Assembly: GCA_949292175.1 (NCBI GenBank)
Contig: CASEYJ010000006.1
Location: forward strand, 13,387 to 77,386
Origin: an uncultured bacterium
GTDB lineage: Bacteria; Cyanobacteriota; Vampirovibrionia; Gastranaerophilales; Gastranaerophilaceae
Direction: 5' to 3'
Length of the DNA stretch: 64,000 bases
Each line of letters starts with the position of its first letter. The stretch's first letter is position 1. This document shows, one piece after another, positions 18,740 through 27,524 of this stretch. The notes beneath the pieces were generated by a model. That model was given only the letters and a program-made list of their open reading frames with translations. It did no database searches and was not told the origin of the DNA. Position numbers and translations under genes: made by a program.

Positions 18740-20725
18740 GTGAACTTAGTGGAAGACAAATTAAACTTATCTGAAAACGCTGTTAAAGTTCTTGAAAAAC
18801 GATATTTAAAACGTGATAAAGAAGGCAACTGTACAGAAACTCCTGCTGATATGTTCAGAAGAGTTGCAAAAACTATCGCTGCCGGTGATTTAAAATTCGG
18901 TAAATCTCAAAGCGATGTGGATAAGCTTGCTGACAGATTTTATGAAACAATTACAAACTGTTACTTTATGCCAAACTCTCCTACATTGATGAATGCAGGA
19001 CGTGAACTTGGTCAATTGGCAGCTTGTTTCGTATTGCCTGTTGAAGATTCATTAGAAGGTATTTTCGAAACTGTTAAAAATACTGCTTTAATTCATAAGT
19101 CTGGTGGCGGAACAGGTTTCTCTTTCTCAAGATTAAGACCTAAAAATAGCGTTGTTCGTTCTACTATGGGCGTATCTTCCGGACCGGTATCTTTTATGGA
19201 AGTGTTCAACGCTGCAACTGAAGCCGTTAAACAAGGCGGAACAAGACGCGGTGCTAATATGGGTATCTTAAGAGTTGATCACCCTGATATCTTGGACTTT
19301 ATTAATTGTAAAAGTGATAACAATAAATTAAATAACTTCAACATCTCTGTTGCAATTACTGATAAGTTTATGGATGCTTATCTTGCAGGTGGAGATTATG
19401 AACTTGTAAATCCGCAAAATAATCAGGTTGTTGGAAAACTAAATGCTAAAAAAGTTTTCGATTTAATCGTTGATGGAGCGTGGAGAAATGGTGAACCTGG
19501 TATTGTCTTCATTGACAAAATGAATTCAGATAACCCTACTCCGCATGTTGGTCAAATTGAATCAACAAACCCTTGCGGTGAAGTTCCACTTCTAGCTTAC
19601 GAAGCTTGTAACCTTGGTTCTATTAACCTTGGAAGAATGGTTGATGAAACTCCTGAAGGTAACAAAATTAACTGGAAACGTCTTGCTGAAGTAACAAGAA
19701 CTGCTATCAGATTCTTAGACAACGTTATTGAAGTTAATAACTACCCGCTTCCTAGAATTTCTGAAATGGTTAGAAATAACCGTAAAATCGGTCTAGGTGT
19801 TATGGGTTGGGCTGATATGCTGATGAAGATGGGTATTTCTTATGCTTCTGAAGAAGGTACTAAACTTGGTGCTCAAGTTATGGAATTTATTGACTATGAA
19901 TCAAAATGCGAATCAATTGAACTTTCTAAAGAACGTGGTCGTTTCAATAACTTTAAGGGAAGCGTTTATGATAACAAGAAGTTCCTAACAAACAAATATA
20001 AAGGTAAATCTGCCGGTATAATTTCAGACGAACAGTGGGCTGATTTGGATGCTCAAATTGAAAAATTTGGTATCAGAAACGCTACTACAACTTGTATCGC
20101 TCCAACCGGTACAATCTCAATGATTGCAGGTGCGTCTGGTGGTGTTGAACCTTTGTTCGGACTTGTATTCTCAAGATTGATTATGGACGGAACTGAAATG
20201 CTTGAAATTAACCCTATATTCAAAGATTATATGGTTAAAAAAGGTCTTTACAGCGAAGATTTGATGAAACAAATTGCTAAAGACGGTTCTGTTGCTCACG
20301 TAAGCGGTATTTCTGATGAAATTAAGCATATCTTTGTAACTGCACACGACGTTTCTCCTTATTGGCACGTTAAAATGCAGGCTGCATTCCAGCTTCACAC
20401 TGATAACGCAGTTTCTAAGACTGTTAACTTTGAAGAAAATGCTACAAGAAAAGATATTGAAGAAGCTTATATCTTGGCATACAAGAATAACCTTAAAGGT
20501 ATAACTGTTTACAGAAATAACTCTCGTCAATTCCAACCTATGAATCTTGATGATAAGAAGAAAGAAGAAAAGGTTGAAGAAAAAGTTGAAGAAACTGTAG
20601 CAGAAGAAGAGTATAACCCAACCGGTGAAATTAAGACTGTAACTTGTCCTGAATGCGGTAATACTATTGAAATGGCTGAAGGATGTTTCATCTGTCTTAA
20701 TTGCGGATATTCAGGTTGTTCATAA
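18740..20725 (+). CDS. nrdJ: Class II (adenosylcobalamin-dependent) ribonucleotide reductase
   Basis: NPCGEVPLLAYEACNLGSINL active-site motif, single-chain RNR of 661 aa, C-terminal CPECG...CLNCG zinc ribbon. GTG start preceded by GGAGG. Confidence 0.9.
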   Translation: MNLVEDKLNLSENAVKVLEKRYLKRDKEGNCTETPADMFRRVAKTIAAGDLKFGKSQSDVDKLADRFYETITNCYFMPNSPTLMNAGRELGQLAACFVLPVEDSLEGIFETVKNTALIHKSGGGTGFSFSRLRPKNSVVRSTMGVSSGPVSFMEVFNAATEAVKQGGTRRGANMGILRVDHPDILDFINCKSDNNKLNNFNISVAITDKFMDAYLAGGDYELVNPQNNQVVGKLNAKKVFDLIVDGAWRNGEPGIVFIDKMNSDNPTPHVGQIESTNPCGEVPLLAYEACNLGSINLGRMVDETPEGNKINWKRLAEVTRTAIRFLDNVIEVNNYPLPRISEMVRNNRKIGLGVMGWADMLMKMGISYASEEGTKLGAQVMEFIDYESKCESIELSKERGRFNNFKGSVYDNKKFLTNKYKGKSAGIISDEQWADLDAQIEKFGIRNATTTCIAPTGTISMIAGASGGVEPLFGLVFSRLIMDGTEMLEINPIFKDYMVKKGLYSEDLMKQIAKDGSVAHVSGISDEIKHIFVTAHDVSPYWHVKMQAAFQLHTDNAVSKTVNFEENATRKDIEEAYILAYKNNLKGITVYRNNSRQFQPMNLDDKKKEEKVEEKVEETVAEEEYNPTGEIKTVTCPECGNTIEMAEGCFICLNCGYSGCS

Positions 20726-20786
20726 GAATTATAAGTTTGCCTCAAATCTCTGGTAAAGGGGCAAAATAAGGTGAGAGAGTATAAGA

Positions 20787-20822
20787 CTGCCACTACTTAA
20801 GAATGTAAGTGGCAGTTTTTTA
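20787..20822 (+). terminator. Rho-independent terminator after nrdJ
   Basis: CTGCCACT (20787-20794) pairs with AGTGGCAG (20808-20815), followed by a T-run. Confidence 0.8.
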
Positions 20823-20841
20823 TTTGTGATAGAATTTTTTT

Positions 20842-21648
20842 ATGACTGTTTCTATAATCTTAACCAGTTATAATTATGGACAGTATCTAAAAGATACTAT
20901 AAATTCTGTGCTTAATCAAACCTGTAAAGACTGGGAATTGTTGGTGATTGACGATTGTTCTACCGACAATTCTATTGATATAATTATGGAATTTGTCAAT
21001 TCAGATGACCGAATTCGGTTAATAAGAAATTATGAAAATCAAGGTTTGGCAGCATCATTAAAAACAGGTATAATGGCGGCTTTTGGGGATTGGGTAGCAT
21101 TTTTGGAAAGTGATGACCTTTGGAAAAAAGATTACCTTGAAAGAAAGCTTGAAATCGCTGAAAGGTACGCTGATATTGGGTTTATATACAATGATGTTGA
21201 GTTTTTTGATAAGAATGCAGATTGTGTACAAAAAAAATTCTCAAGGCTTGTGAAGAGAAATAGTTTGATGAAATGTCCGAAAAATATGTTTTATTCTTTC
21301 GGGTTTGAAAATCCTGTTATGACTATGTCTTCTGTCATGGTTCGCAGAGGTTTGCTTGAGAAAGTAGATTTTAATACGCCAATTGACAAGCTTCTTGATT
21401 GGTTTATTTATATTCAAATTGCCAAAATGACTCACTTTTATTATGTTAATGAGAAGTTGACTATGTGGAGACAGCATTCGGATAGTTATTTGACAAGGCG
21501 TAATAAAATTAAATTTAAGTTTGCGAACATTAGTGCTTATTTGCTTATATATAGGCGTGAATTTTGGAATATAAAACTTCTGTTATTCATATTATTATCA
21601 TCATTCTTGATGTGTATGAAGAGGTTGAAAGTATACATTTTCGGATAA
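20842..21648 (+). CDS. Family 2 glycosyltransferase
   Basis: VSIILTSYNYGQYLKDTINSVLNQTCKDWELLVIDDCSTDNS (GT-A fold, DxD-type region) and ESDD; hydrophobic C-terminus. Confidence 0.85.
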   Translation: MTVSIILTSYNYGQYLKDTINSVLNQTCKDWELLVIDDCSTDNSIDIIMEFVNSDDRIRLIRNYENQGLAASLKTGIMAAFGDWVAFLESDDLWKKDYLERKLEIAERYADIGFIYNDVEFFDKNADCVQKKFSRLVKRNSLMKCPKNMFYSFGFENPVMTMSSVMVRRGLLEKVDFNTPIDKLLDWFIYIQIAKMTHFYYVNEKLTMWRQHSDSYLTRRNKIKFKFANISAYLLIYRREFWNIKLLLFILLSSFLMCMKRLKVYIFG

Positions 21649-21681
21649 AAAAATGAGCCCCTTAAAGGACTCATTTTTTTT
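21647..21681. terminator. Bidirectional hairpin terminator between the GT2 gene and rpmB
   Basis: An A-run, then ATGAGCCC/GGACTCAT (one mismatch, 6-nt loop), then a T8 run. It lies between convergent stops. Confidence 0.7.
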
Positions 21682-21700
21682 AAACATTTTGTTTCAAGAA

Positions 21701-21892
21701 CTATATAGCTTTTTGAACTTTGCCTGCTTTTAAGCAAGAAGTACAAACTCTAATTCTTTTTGTTTGGCCATTTACGATAGCCTTAACTGATTGTAAGTTT
21801 GGTTCTTGAGTATGAACAATTTGTTTATGCGAAAATGTTAATTTCGCTGCTTTAATCGGTGCTTTACCGCATATTTCACAATGTTTTGCCAT
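21701..21892 (-). CDS. rpmB: 50S ribosomal protein L28
   Basis: MAKHCEICGKAPIKAAKLTFSHKQIVHTQEPNLQSVKAIVNGQTKRIRVCTSCLKAGKV matches the L28 pattern. Start set at the internal ATG (21892) rather than the longer track ORF. Confidence 0.92.
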   Translation of the reverse strand: MAKHCEICGKAPIKAAKLTFSHKQIVHTQEPNLQSVKAIVNGQTKRIRVCTSCLKAGKVQKAI

Positions 21893-22011
21893 GATATTAT
21901 TTCCTTTTCTAGCTAGTTTGCGTAATTTCATCATATCTGAAAAAAGATAAAAATCAAGTGACATGTTAAAATAGGTTAAGAGGACCATTCAGTCCATTTG
22001 TAAATAAGTTT

Positions 22012-23238
22012 TTATTTAAGCATTTCCGCCCAGTCTTTTGAAAGTTTTTGTAAAATTTGTTTTGTGTCGCCTTCACCCAGAAGGATTTTTTGAACTGCTG
22101 CGTTTACAAGGTTATTTATATCTTTTTGATTTTGAGATGATTTCATTACAGGTTCAACGTGGTTTAGTTGTTGAGCGCTTATGACACGGGCTTTTGCCAT
22201 CAAGTCATTTTCAGAATATCTCGTATAAAATTCATTTTGGAGAGCGTTTTTGTTTACTGCAATGACATTTGTAAGTTTTGCAAGTTCCAGTTGATTTTCC
22301 TCATTTGTAAGGAACAGGGCAAATTTCATGGCTTCTTCTTTATGTTTTGCTTTTAGAGGTATTACAAAGTTCATTAGAGAAAAGTCATTTTGACCAAGTT
22401 TGCCTGTCATCTGTGGTGCCACATCAGTGTTTTCATATGTTTGTGGTGCATTTTCTTTAATCATATTAAGGAAATTAGCACCAGCCTGAAAGAGGACGAT
22501 GTTTTCGGACATATATTTTTCGAGAGCTTCTCTATGTGTTTGAGTTATTGATTCTTTTGGTATGAGGTCTTTGTCATACAAATTTTTGAAGTTTTCGAAA
22601 ACTTTTATTGATTCCTCATTCGCTATTGTTTGAGGCGAACTTACTCCATACTTGTTTAAAATTTTAAGCATAGTGTCATTTTCGGTTATATTTGGCAGGA
22701 AGATGTAAGCTCCGGTTTTCGATTTGATTATAGGAGCTGCAAGTTCGGCTTGCTCATATGTTAGCGGAACTTTTATACCTGCTTTGTTTATAAGGTTTTT
22801 ATTGTATATTGTGACGGCCGAAGTTGCATACCACGGTAGGGAGTACAATTTGCCATTATATTTTAGTGAATTAATGATAGCTTGATTATACTGTTTTGCA
22901 TTTGTTTCAGGAATTTCATACAATGCACCTTTCTGTGCGAGTGTAGCTGAAAAATCAGGGTTAAGGTTGATTAAATCAGGTGTATTGTCACTCAATACCG
23001 AAGCCAGAGTTCTTTTTTCTCCTTCTGAAAACGGAACATCAATCCATTTGATTTTAATTTCGGGGTTTTGTTTTTCAAATTCGGTTATTGCATTATTCAT
23101 ATATGCCGAAAAATCACTCATCTGAAGTGTCCAAAAGATTACTTCATTGTTGTTTTGCGGTTTGAAAAATACTTTCATACACAATCCTATACATAACAGG
23201 ATTATGGCTAAGCTTGTTATAACTTTTACTTTGTTCAT
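22012..23238 (-). CDS. ABC transporter extracellular solute-binding protein (family 1, sugar-type)
   Basis: N-terminal anchor/signal, then a ~400-aa SBP_bac_1-like sequence (IKWIDVPFSEGEKRTLASVLSDNTPDLINLNPDF..., YSLPWYATSAVTIYNK). Confidence 0.75.
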   Translation of the reverse strand: MNKVKVITSLAIILLCIGLCMKVFFKPQNNNEVIFWTLQMSDFSAYMNNAITEFEKQNPEIKIKWIDVPFSEGEKRTLASVLSDNTPDLINLNPDFSATLAQKGALYEIPETNAKQYNQAIINSLKYNGKLYSLPWYATSAVTIYNKNLINKAGIKVPLTYEQAELAAPIIKSKTGAYIFLPNITENDTMLKILNKYGVSSPQTIANEESIKVFENFKNLYDKDLIPKESITQTHREALEKYMSENIVLFQAGANFLNMIKENAPQTYENTDVAPQMTGKLGQNDFSLMNFVIPLKAKHKEEAMKFALFLTNEENQLELAKLTNVIAVNKNALQNEFYTRYSENDLMAKARVISAQQLNHVEPVMKSSQNQKDINNLVNAAVQKILLGEGDTKQILQKLSKDWAEMLK

Positions 23239-23280
23239 ATTACCCCTGATTTTTTGTGTAATCTATGGTATGATTATACT

Positions 23281-24513
23281 ATGAATAACTTATTTACGGA
23301 ACTGGAAAATCAAAATAAACAAATTCCATTGGCTGAAATTCTACGTCCTAAGACTTTGGATGAATTTTTGGGGCAGAGCAACGTCGTAGCTCCAAATAGT
23401 CCTTTGTTGAACTTATTAAAGACACAGAGACTTTTTTCGATGATTTTCTGGGGTACTCCGGGGTGTGGAAAAACTACGCTTGCAAGACTTATTGCAACAA
23501 AAACCAATGCTAATTTTATTGAAATATCAGCAGTTACTTCAGGTGTTAAAGAAATTAAAGACGCGGTTGAAAGTGCAAAATTATCTTTAAGAAGCGGAAT
23601 TAAAACGTTTTTATTTATAGATGAAATCCACAGATATTCTAAGACTCAGCAGGATGCTTTGTTGCCGCATTTGGAAAACGGTACATTATTTCTTATTGGT
23701 TCTACAACAGAAAATCCATCTTTTCAGGTAGTTCCGGCTCTTTTGTCCAGAGTTCAAGTCATTCGTCTTAATTCCATTGACGATGAAAGTATGTTCAAGA
23801 TAATTAAGCGTGGGTTTGCTTATCTTGCAAAAAATTATCTGCCTGTTGATATAGAAAGCGGTGTTTTCGATTTTATGATTAATCTTGCCAGAGGGGATGC
23901 AAGATTTGCACTTAATGTGGCTGAAAATGCCTATTTTGCAAGTGATTTGAAGGATGATCGCCGTTATTTGACTGTTAAAACGATTGAAGAGATTTGTCAA
24001 AAACGCAATACTCGTTATTCACGTCAAGAACATTATGATTGCGCTTCAGCTTTCCAAAAGAGTTTAAGAGGGAGTGATCCTGATGCTGCAATATACTATT
24101 TGGCAAAGATGATAGCTGCGGGTGAAGATCCTAGATTTATTGCCAGAAGACTGATTACTTGTGCGGCTGAAGATGTAGGAAATGCTGATCCAATGGCTTT
24201 CAATTTAGCGGTTAATGCTTATTGTGCAGTGGAACTTTTGGGTTTGCCTGAGGGTAGAATTCCTCTTGCACAGGCAGTTATTTATGTAGCGAGAGCCAAA
24301 AAATCCAATGAAACGGTTTGTGCCATTGATGCGGCATTGGCTGACATAGAAAGTGGTAAAGATTATCCACCTCCTATGCATTTAAGAGATGCTCATTATA
24401 AAGATGCTTCAAAATACGGTTTTGGGGTAGGGTATGTTTATTCGCATTCTGAGCCTGATTATGAGCAGCAGTTTTTGCCTGACGAACTTGTTAATAGAAA
24501 ATATACAAGATAA
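23281..24513 (+). CDS. rarA: Replication-associated recombination protein A (AAA+ ATPase)
   Basis: Walker A WGTPGCGKTTLA, Walker B FIDEIHR, and MgsA C-terminal motifs (HYDCASAFQKSLRGSDPDAAIYYLA, MHLRDAHY). Start at ATG 23281. Confidence 0.92.
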   Translation: MNNLFTELENQNKQIPLAEILRPKTLDEFLGQSNVVAPNSPLLNLLKTQRLFSMIFWGTPGCGKTTLARLIATKTNANFIEISAVTSGVKEIKDAVESAKLSLRSGIKTFLFIDEIHRYSKTQQDALLPHLENGTLFLIGSTTENPSFQVVPALLSRVQVIRLNSIDDESMFKIIKRGFAYLAKNYLPVDIESGVFDFMINLARGDARFALNVAENAYFASDLKDDRRYLTVKTIEEICQKRNTRYSRQEHYDCASAFQKSLRGSDPDAAIYYLAKMIAAGEDPRFIARRLITCAAEDVGNADPMAFNLAVNAYCAVELLGLPEGRIPLAQAVIYVARAKKSNETVCAIDAALADIESGKDYPPPMHLRDAHYKDASKYGFGVGYVYSHSEPDYEQQFLPDELVNRKYTR

Positions 24514-24533
24514 GTTCTAAATATAATTTTGGT

Positions 24534-24842
24534 TTATTGGCTTATGCAGCTGTTAAGGTAATCTATTGTGCTGACTTTTTCATCATATAGGTACTTAATG
24601 AAGTTTAAATATGCCTGATCGTAGGACGTAATGATTAAGTTTATTTCAAATCCGTCAGTGCAGAACGGTTCGTAATCATATACAACATAGCTGTTATATT
24701 TGCTTTTCCATTCTTTTCTTTCGACACGGCTATTGTTCTCTTCAACAATGTCCTCAAGCCAATTTACTATTTCTTTATTTACATTTTTCATTTCCAAGCG
24801 GTTGCATCTGTTGCAATCGTGACGATTGTTTTCGATAAACAT
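24534..24842 (-). CDS. Hypothetical protein (102 aa)
   Basis: Intact ORF with ordinary amino-acid composition and no motif I recognise. Divergent from the 542-aa gene. Confidence 0.5.
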   Translation of the reverse strand: MFIENNRHDCNRCNRLEMKNVNKEIVNWLEDIVEENNSRVERKEWKSKYNSYVVYDYEPFCTDGFEINLIITSYDQAYLNFIKYLYDEKVSTIDYLNSCISQ

Positions 24843-25075
24843 AAAAAATACTCCAAAAAATTTCTATATAAAAATTGTAGTTGTTTTTTCGGTGTAAATA
24901 ATCCCCCCTAGGTCTAAGTTAATGTAGTATGATTTGGTAATTTTTTATTAAATAAAAATGTAAACATTTGTAACATGAATTTTGAGTGTTTTTAAAGTTT
25001 TACGCTTAAAAGTCCGTAAGACAACATGTACGACTAGGAAATGTTACTAAGACTGAAAGGAATTAGATACAGGAT

Positions 25076-26704
25076 ATGGGTTTAGCGGCATCACAAGCTA
25101 GATTATTGACCATCACAGCAAGGAAATCCGACTGTGAATATAGGTCTATGGCATATTCTCACCAGAAAATTGCCCTTTCACGTGATATGAATATCGTATC
25201 AGCGGAATATCAAGATTCCCTGAATAAGACTAAGTTAGTATATGATTTTTATGGTACAGGTGATAAAACTACACCGTTGTCATACAGTTTATTGATGAAG
25301 CCTTCAAAATTAAATGATTATATGCCTATGCCATTGACAGATTCTGCAGGTAGAGTAGTTTTGGATGCAAAACTTGCAGCAGCAGCAGAATATGCCGGCA
25401 TTCCTCAGGAAGGTTTTGGAACAACTCCTTCTTCTGATATTAGAGATAAATTCATTCAAGGATTGATGAAAAATGGTGTAATCACTCCTGCGATGGGTAA
25501 TGGTATTTTAGGTGTACAATATAACCCTTCTGCAGGTTTAGGCTCAATTGATACAATTGACTATGTTAAAAGGACTGTTTCTTATGATGATTTTGTAAAT
25601 AATTATTTGAATAATGTAGAATTTGACTTCAGTGATTTGATTGGTAACACTGGTGGTTCAAACCTTGATTTATACAATTATGCAAATGGCGGTAGCGTTG
25701 TTAAAGATCCCGGTACCGAAGCATCTAAGTTGACTTTGGCACAAATTTTGAACGGTGATTATGCTTTAGTTGGTACTCTTTGGGATACTGACAAAATTAA
25801 TGAATTTGGTAAAGGCGGTGTTGTTGACAAAGTCGGTTCATCTACATACTGGGATGTTTTGTTTGAAACAATGGCATCTTATCTTGACACTACTGATCCT
25901 TATACTTTAGCAGCTCTTGAATATGCTAAAAATGAAACATTGAAAAAGGTTGAATGTCTTGGTACTGGTGCAGCTGGTGCTGATCCGTTTGATATCTCAA
26001 ACGCAGCTCATCAGTGGACGAGCGGAGATTCCGGCGAAAATGATGTTTATGATGAAGTACGTAATAGGGCTGACGATTATATTGGTTTTATCTATTGTCA
26101 TAACAAAAAAGGTGATAAAGGTGGTTATAACCATGGATATGGTATTAGTATTACCAATATGACAAAGGCTTACTTTACATATTTTGCTCAATACATGGAA
26201 GGTTTGGCTTCAACTGATTACGAAATCAACAATGAAGAGAGCCAATCTCATTTTGTAGATGATAATTTTGCTTTTGAAATAGTTGAAGGAGCAGATACAT
26301 CAGGTGATAGCGTATTGATTGCAAGTTTCTATGATATGTTATTTAACCAGATTGCAACTAAAGGTTGGACTCAGAATGACAAGGTTGATGATAATGAATA
26401 TCTTCAATCTGTACTTCAAAATGGTACAATGTTTATTTCAACAATTGCAGATGACAACTACTATTATCAAGGTAACTATGCAACAAATTCTTATATCAAG
26501 GAAGTTGCAGATGAAGAGGGTATAGCTCAAGCTGAAGCTAAATATAATCGTGAAAAAGAAAAGATTAATTCTAAAGAAAATGTACTTGATATGAAGATGA
26601 AGAATCTTGATACGGAAATTTCATCTCTTACAACTGAGTATGATACTGTTAAATCAGTAATATCCAAGAACATAGAAAAAACGTTCAAGCGGTATAATGC
26701 TTAA
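25076..26704 (+). CDS. Uncharacterised protein with helical N- and C-termini and a Gly/Asp/Tyr/Asn-rich core (542 aa)
   Basis: N-terminus MGLAASQARLLTITARKSDCEYRSMAYSHQKIALSRDMNIVSAEYQDSLNK. C-terminus ...AEAKYNREKEKINSKENVLDMKMKNLDTEISSLTTEYDTVKSVISKNIEKTFKRYNA. No enzymatic motif or signal peptide seen. Confidence 0.75.
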   Translation: MGLAASQARLLTITARKSDCEYRSMAYSHQKIALSRDMNIVSAEYQDSLNKTKLVYDFYGTGDKTTPLSYSLLMKPSKLNDYMPMPLTDSAGRVVLDAKLAAAAEYAGIPQEGFGTTPSSDIRDKFIQGLMKNGVITPAMGNGILGVQYNPSAGLGSIDTIDYVKRTVSYDDFVNNYLNNVEFDFSDLIGNTGGSNLDLYNYANGGSVVKDPGTEASKLTLAQILNGDYALVGTLWDTDKINEFGKGGVVDKVGSSTYWDVLFETMASYLDTTDPYTLAALEYAKNETLKKVECLGTGAAGADPFDISNAAHQWTSGDSGENDVYDEVRNRADDYIGFIYCHNKKGDKGGYNHGYGISITNMTKAYFTYFAQYMEGLASTDYEINNEESQSHFVDDNFAFEIVEGADTSGDSVLIASFYDMLFNQIATKGWTQNDKVDDNEYLQSVLQNGTMFISTIADDNYYYQGNYATNSYIKEVADEEGIAQAEAKYNREKEKINSKENVLDMKMKNLDTEISSLTTEYDTVKSVISKNIEKTFKRYNA

Positions 26705-26763
26705 GTCCACTTGCGTCTGATGTAATCTTATGCTAGACTGTCACATAAGAGGTGGATATTGAT

Positions 26764-27522
26764 ATGATTAAACCAACTTGTCCTAAAGACAGAATTATTT
26801 TGGCTCTTGATGTTGAAACTCTAGAAGAAGTCGAAAGCCTTGTTAATGAACTAAAAGATTATGTCGGATATTTCAAGATAGGATTGCCATTAATTGTTAA
26901 TTATGGTTTTGAAGCCGTTAGGTTGATTGAAAGACTTGGCGGAAAATGCTATTACGATAGCAAATTTCATGATATTCCTAATACTGTCCAAAAGGCATGT
27001 ATAGGACTTGTGAAAAATAACGTTAACTTTTTCAATATTCACATTCAGGGTGGCTCAAAGATGATTGCCGGCAGTGTCAAGGCTGCAAAAGCGGCGGCTA
27101 AGCGTATGGATAAAGAACCGCCTGTTATTTTAGGTGTTACTTTGTTGTCAAGCTTTGGGCAAAGAACTCTTACCACAGAACTTTGCGTAGAAAAAAGTAT
27201 TGAAGATTATGTTTTCCAGCTTGCAAAAGTTGCTTATGAAAGTGGTCTAAACGGTGTTGTTGCAAGTGCTGAAGAAGCAAGACGCATAAGAAAAGAGATT
27301 CCTGATAAAGATTTTATTATCGTTTGTCCTGCAACCCGTCCAACTTGGTCTTCTGTTAATGATCAAGTTCGTGTAGATACTCCGTATAGTGCGATTATGG
27401 CAGGAGTTGATTATTTGGTTGTAGGTCGTCCGATTACTACTGCGGATGACAGAGTCGCAGCTGCAAAGCTTATTATTGACGAAATATCAAATGCACTTGA
27501 AGGTAAAGAGGTGCTTGTTTAA
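26764..27522 (+). CDS. pyrF: Orotidine 5'-phosphate decarboxylase
   Basis: ILALDV, YFKIGLPL, YDSKFHDIPNTV, VVGRPIT motifs. ATG 26764 is preceded by AGAGGTGGA. Confidence 0.9.
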   Translation: MIKPTCPKDRIILALDVETLEEVESLVNELKDYVGYFKIGLPLIVNYGFEAVRLIERLGGKCYYDSKFHDIPNTVQKACIGLVKNNVNFFNIHIQGGSKMIAGSVKAAKAAAKRMDKEPPVILGVTLLSSFGQRTLTTELCVEKSIEDYVFQLAKVAYESGLNGVVASAEEARRIRKEIPDKDFIIVCPATRPTWSSVNDQVRVDTPYSAIMAGVDYLVVGRPITTADDRVAAAKLIIDEISNALEGKEVLV

Positions 27523-27524
27523 AA

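Noticed and set aside
21893-21988. Longer 95-aa version of the rpmB ORF, and similar 5'-extended track ORFs for rpsO, skp, rsmG, rarA, pyrF, plsX and uppS
   Set aside because: The extensions add non-conserved residues ahead of canonical N-termini. The internal ATGs have better SD spacing. I used the shorter starts.
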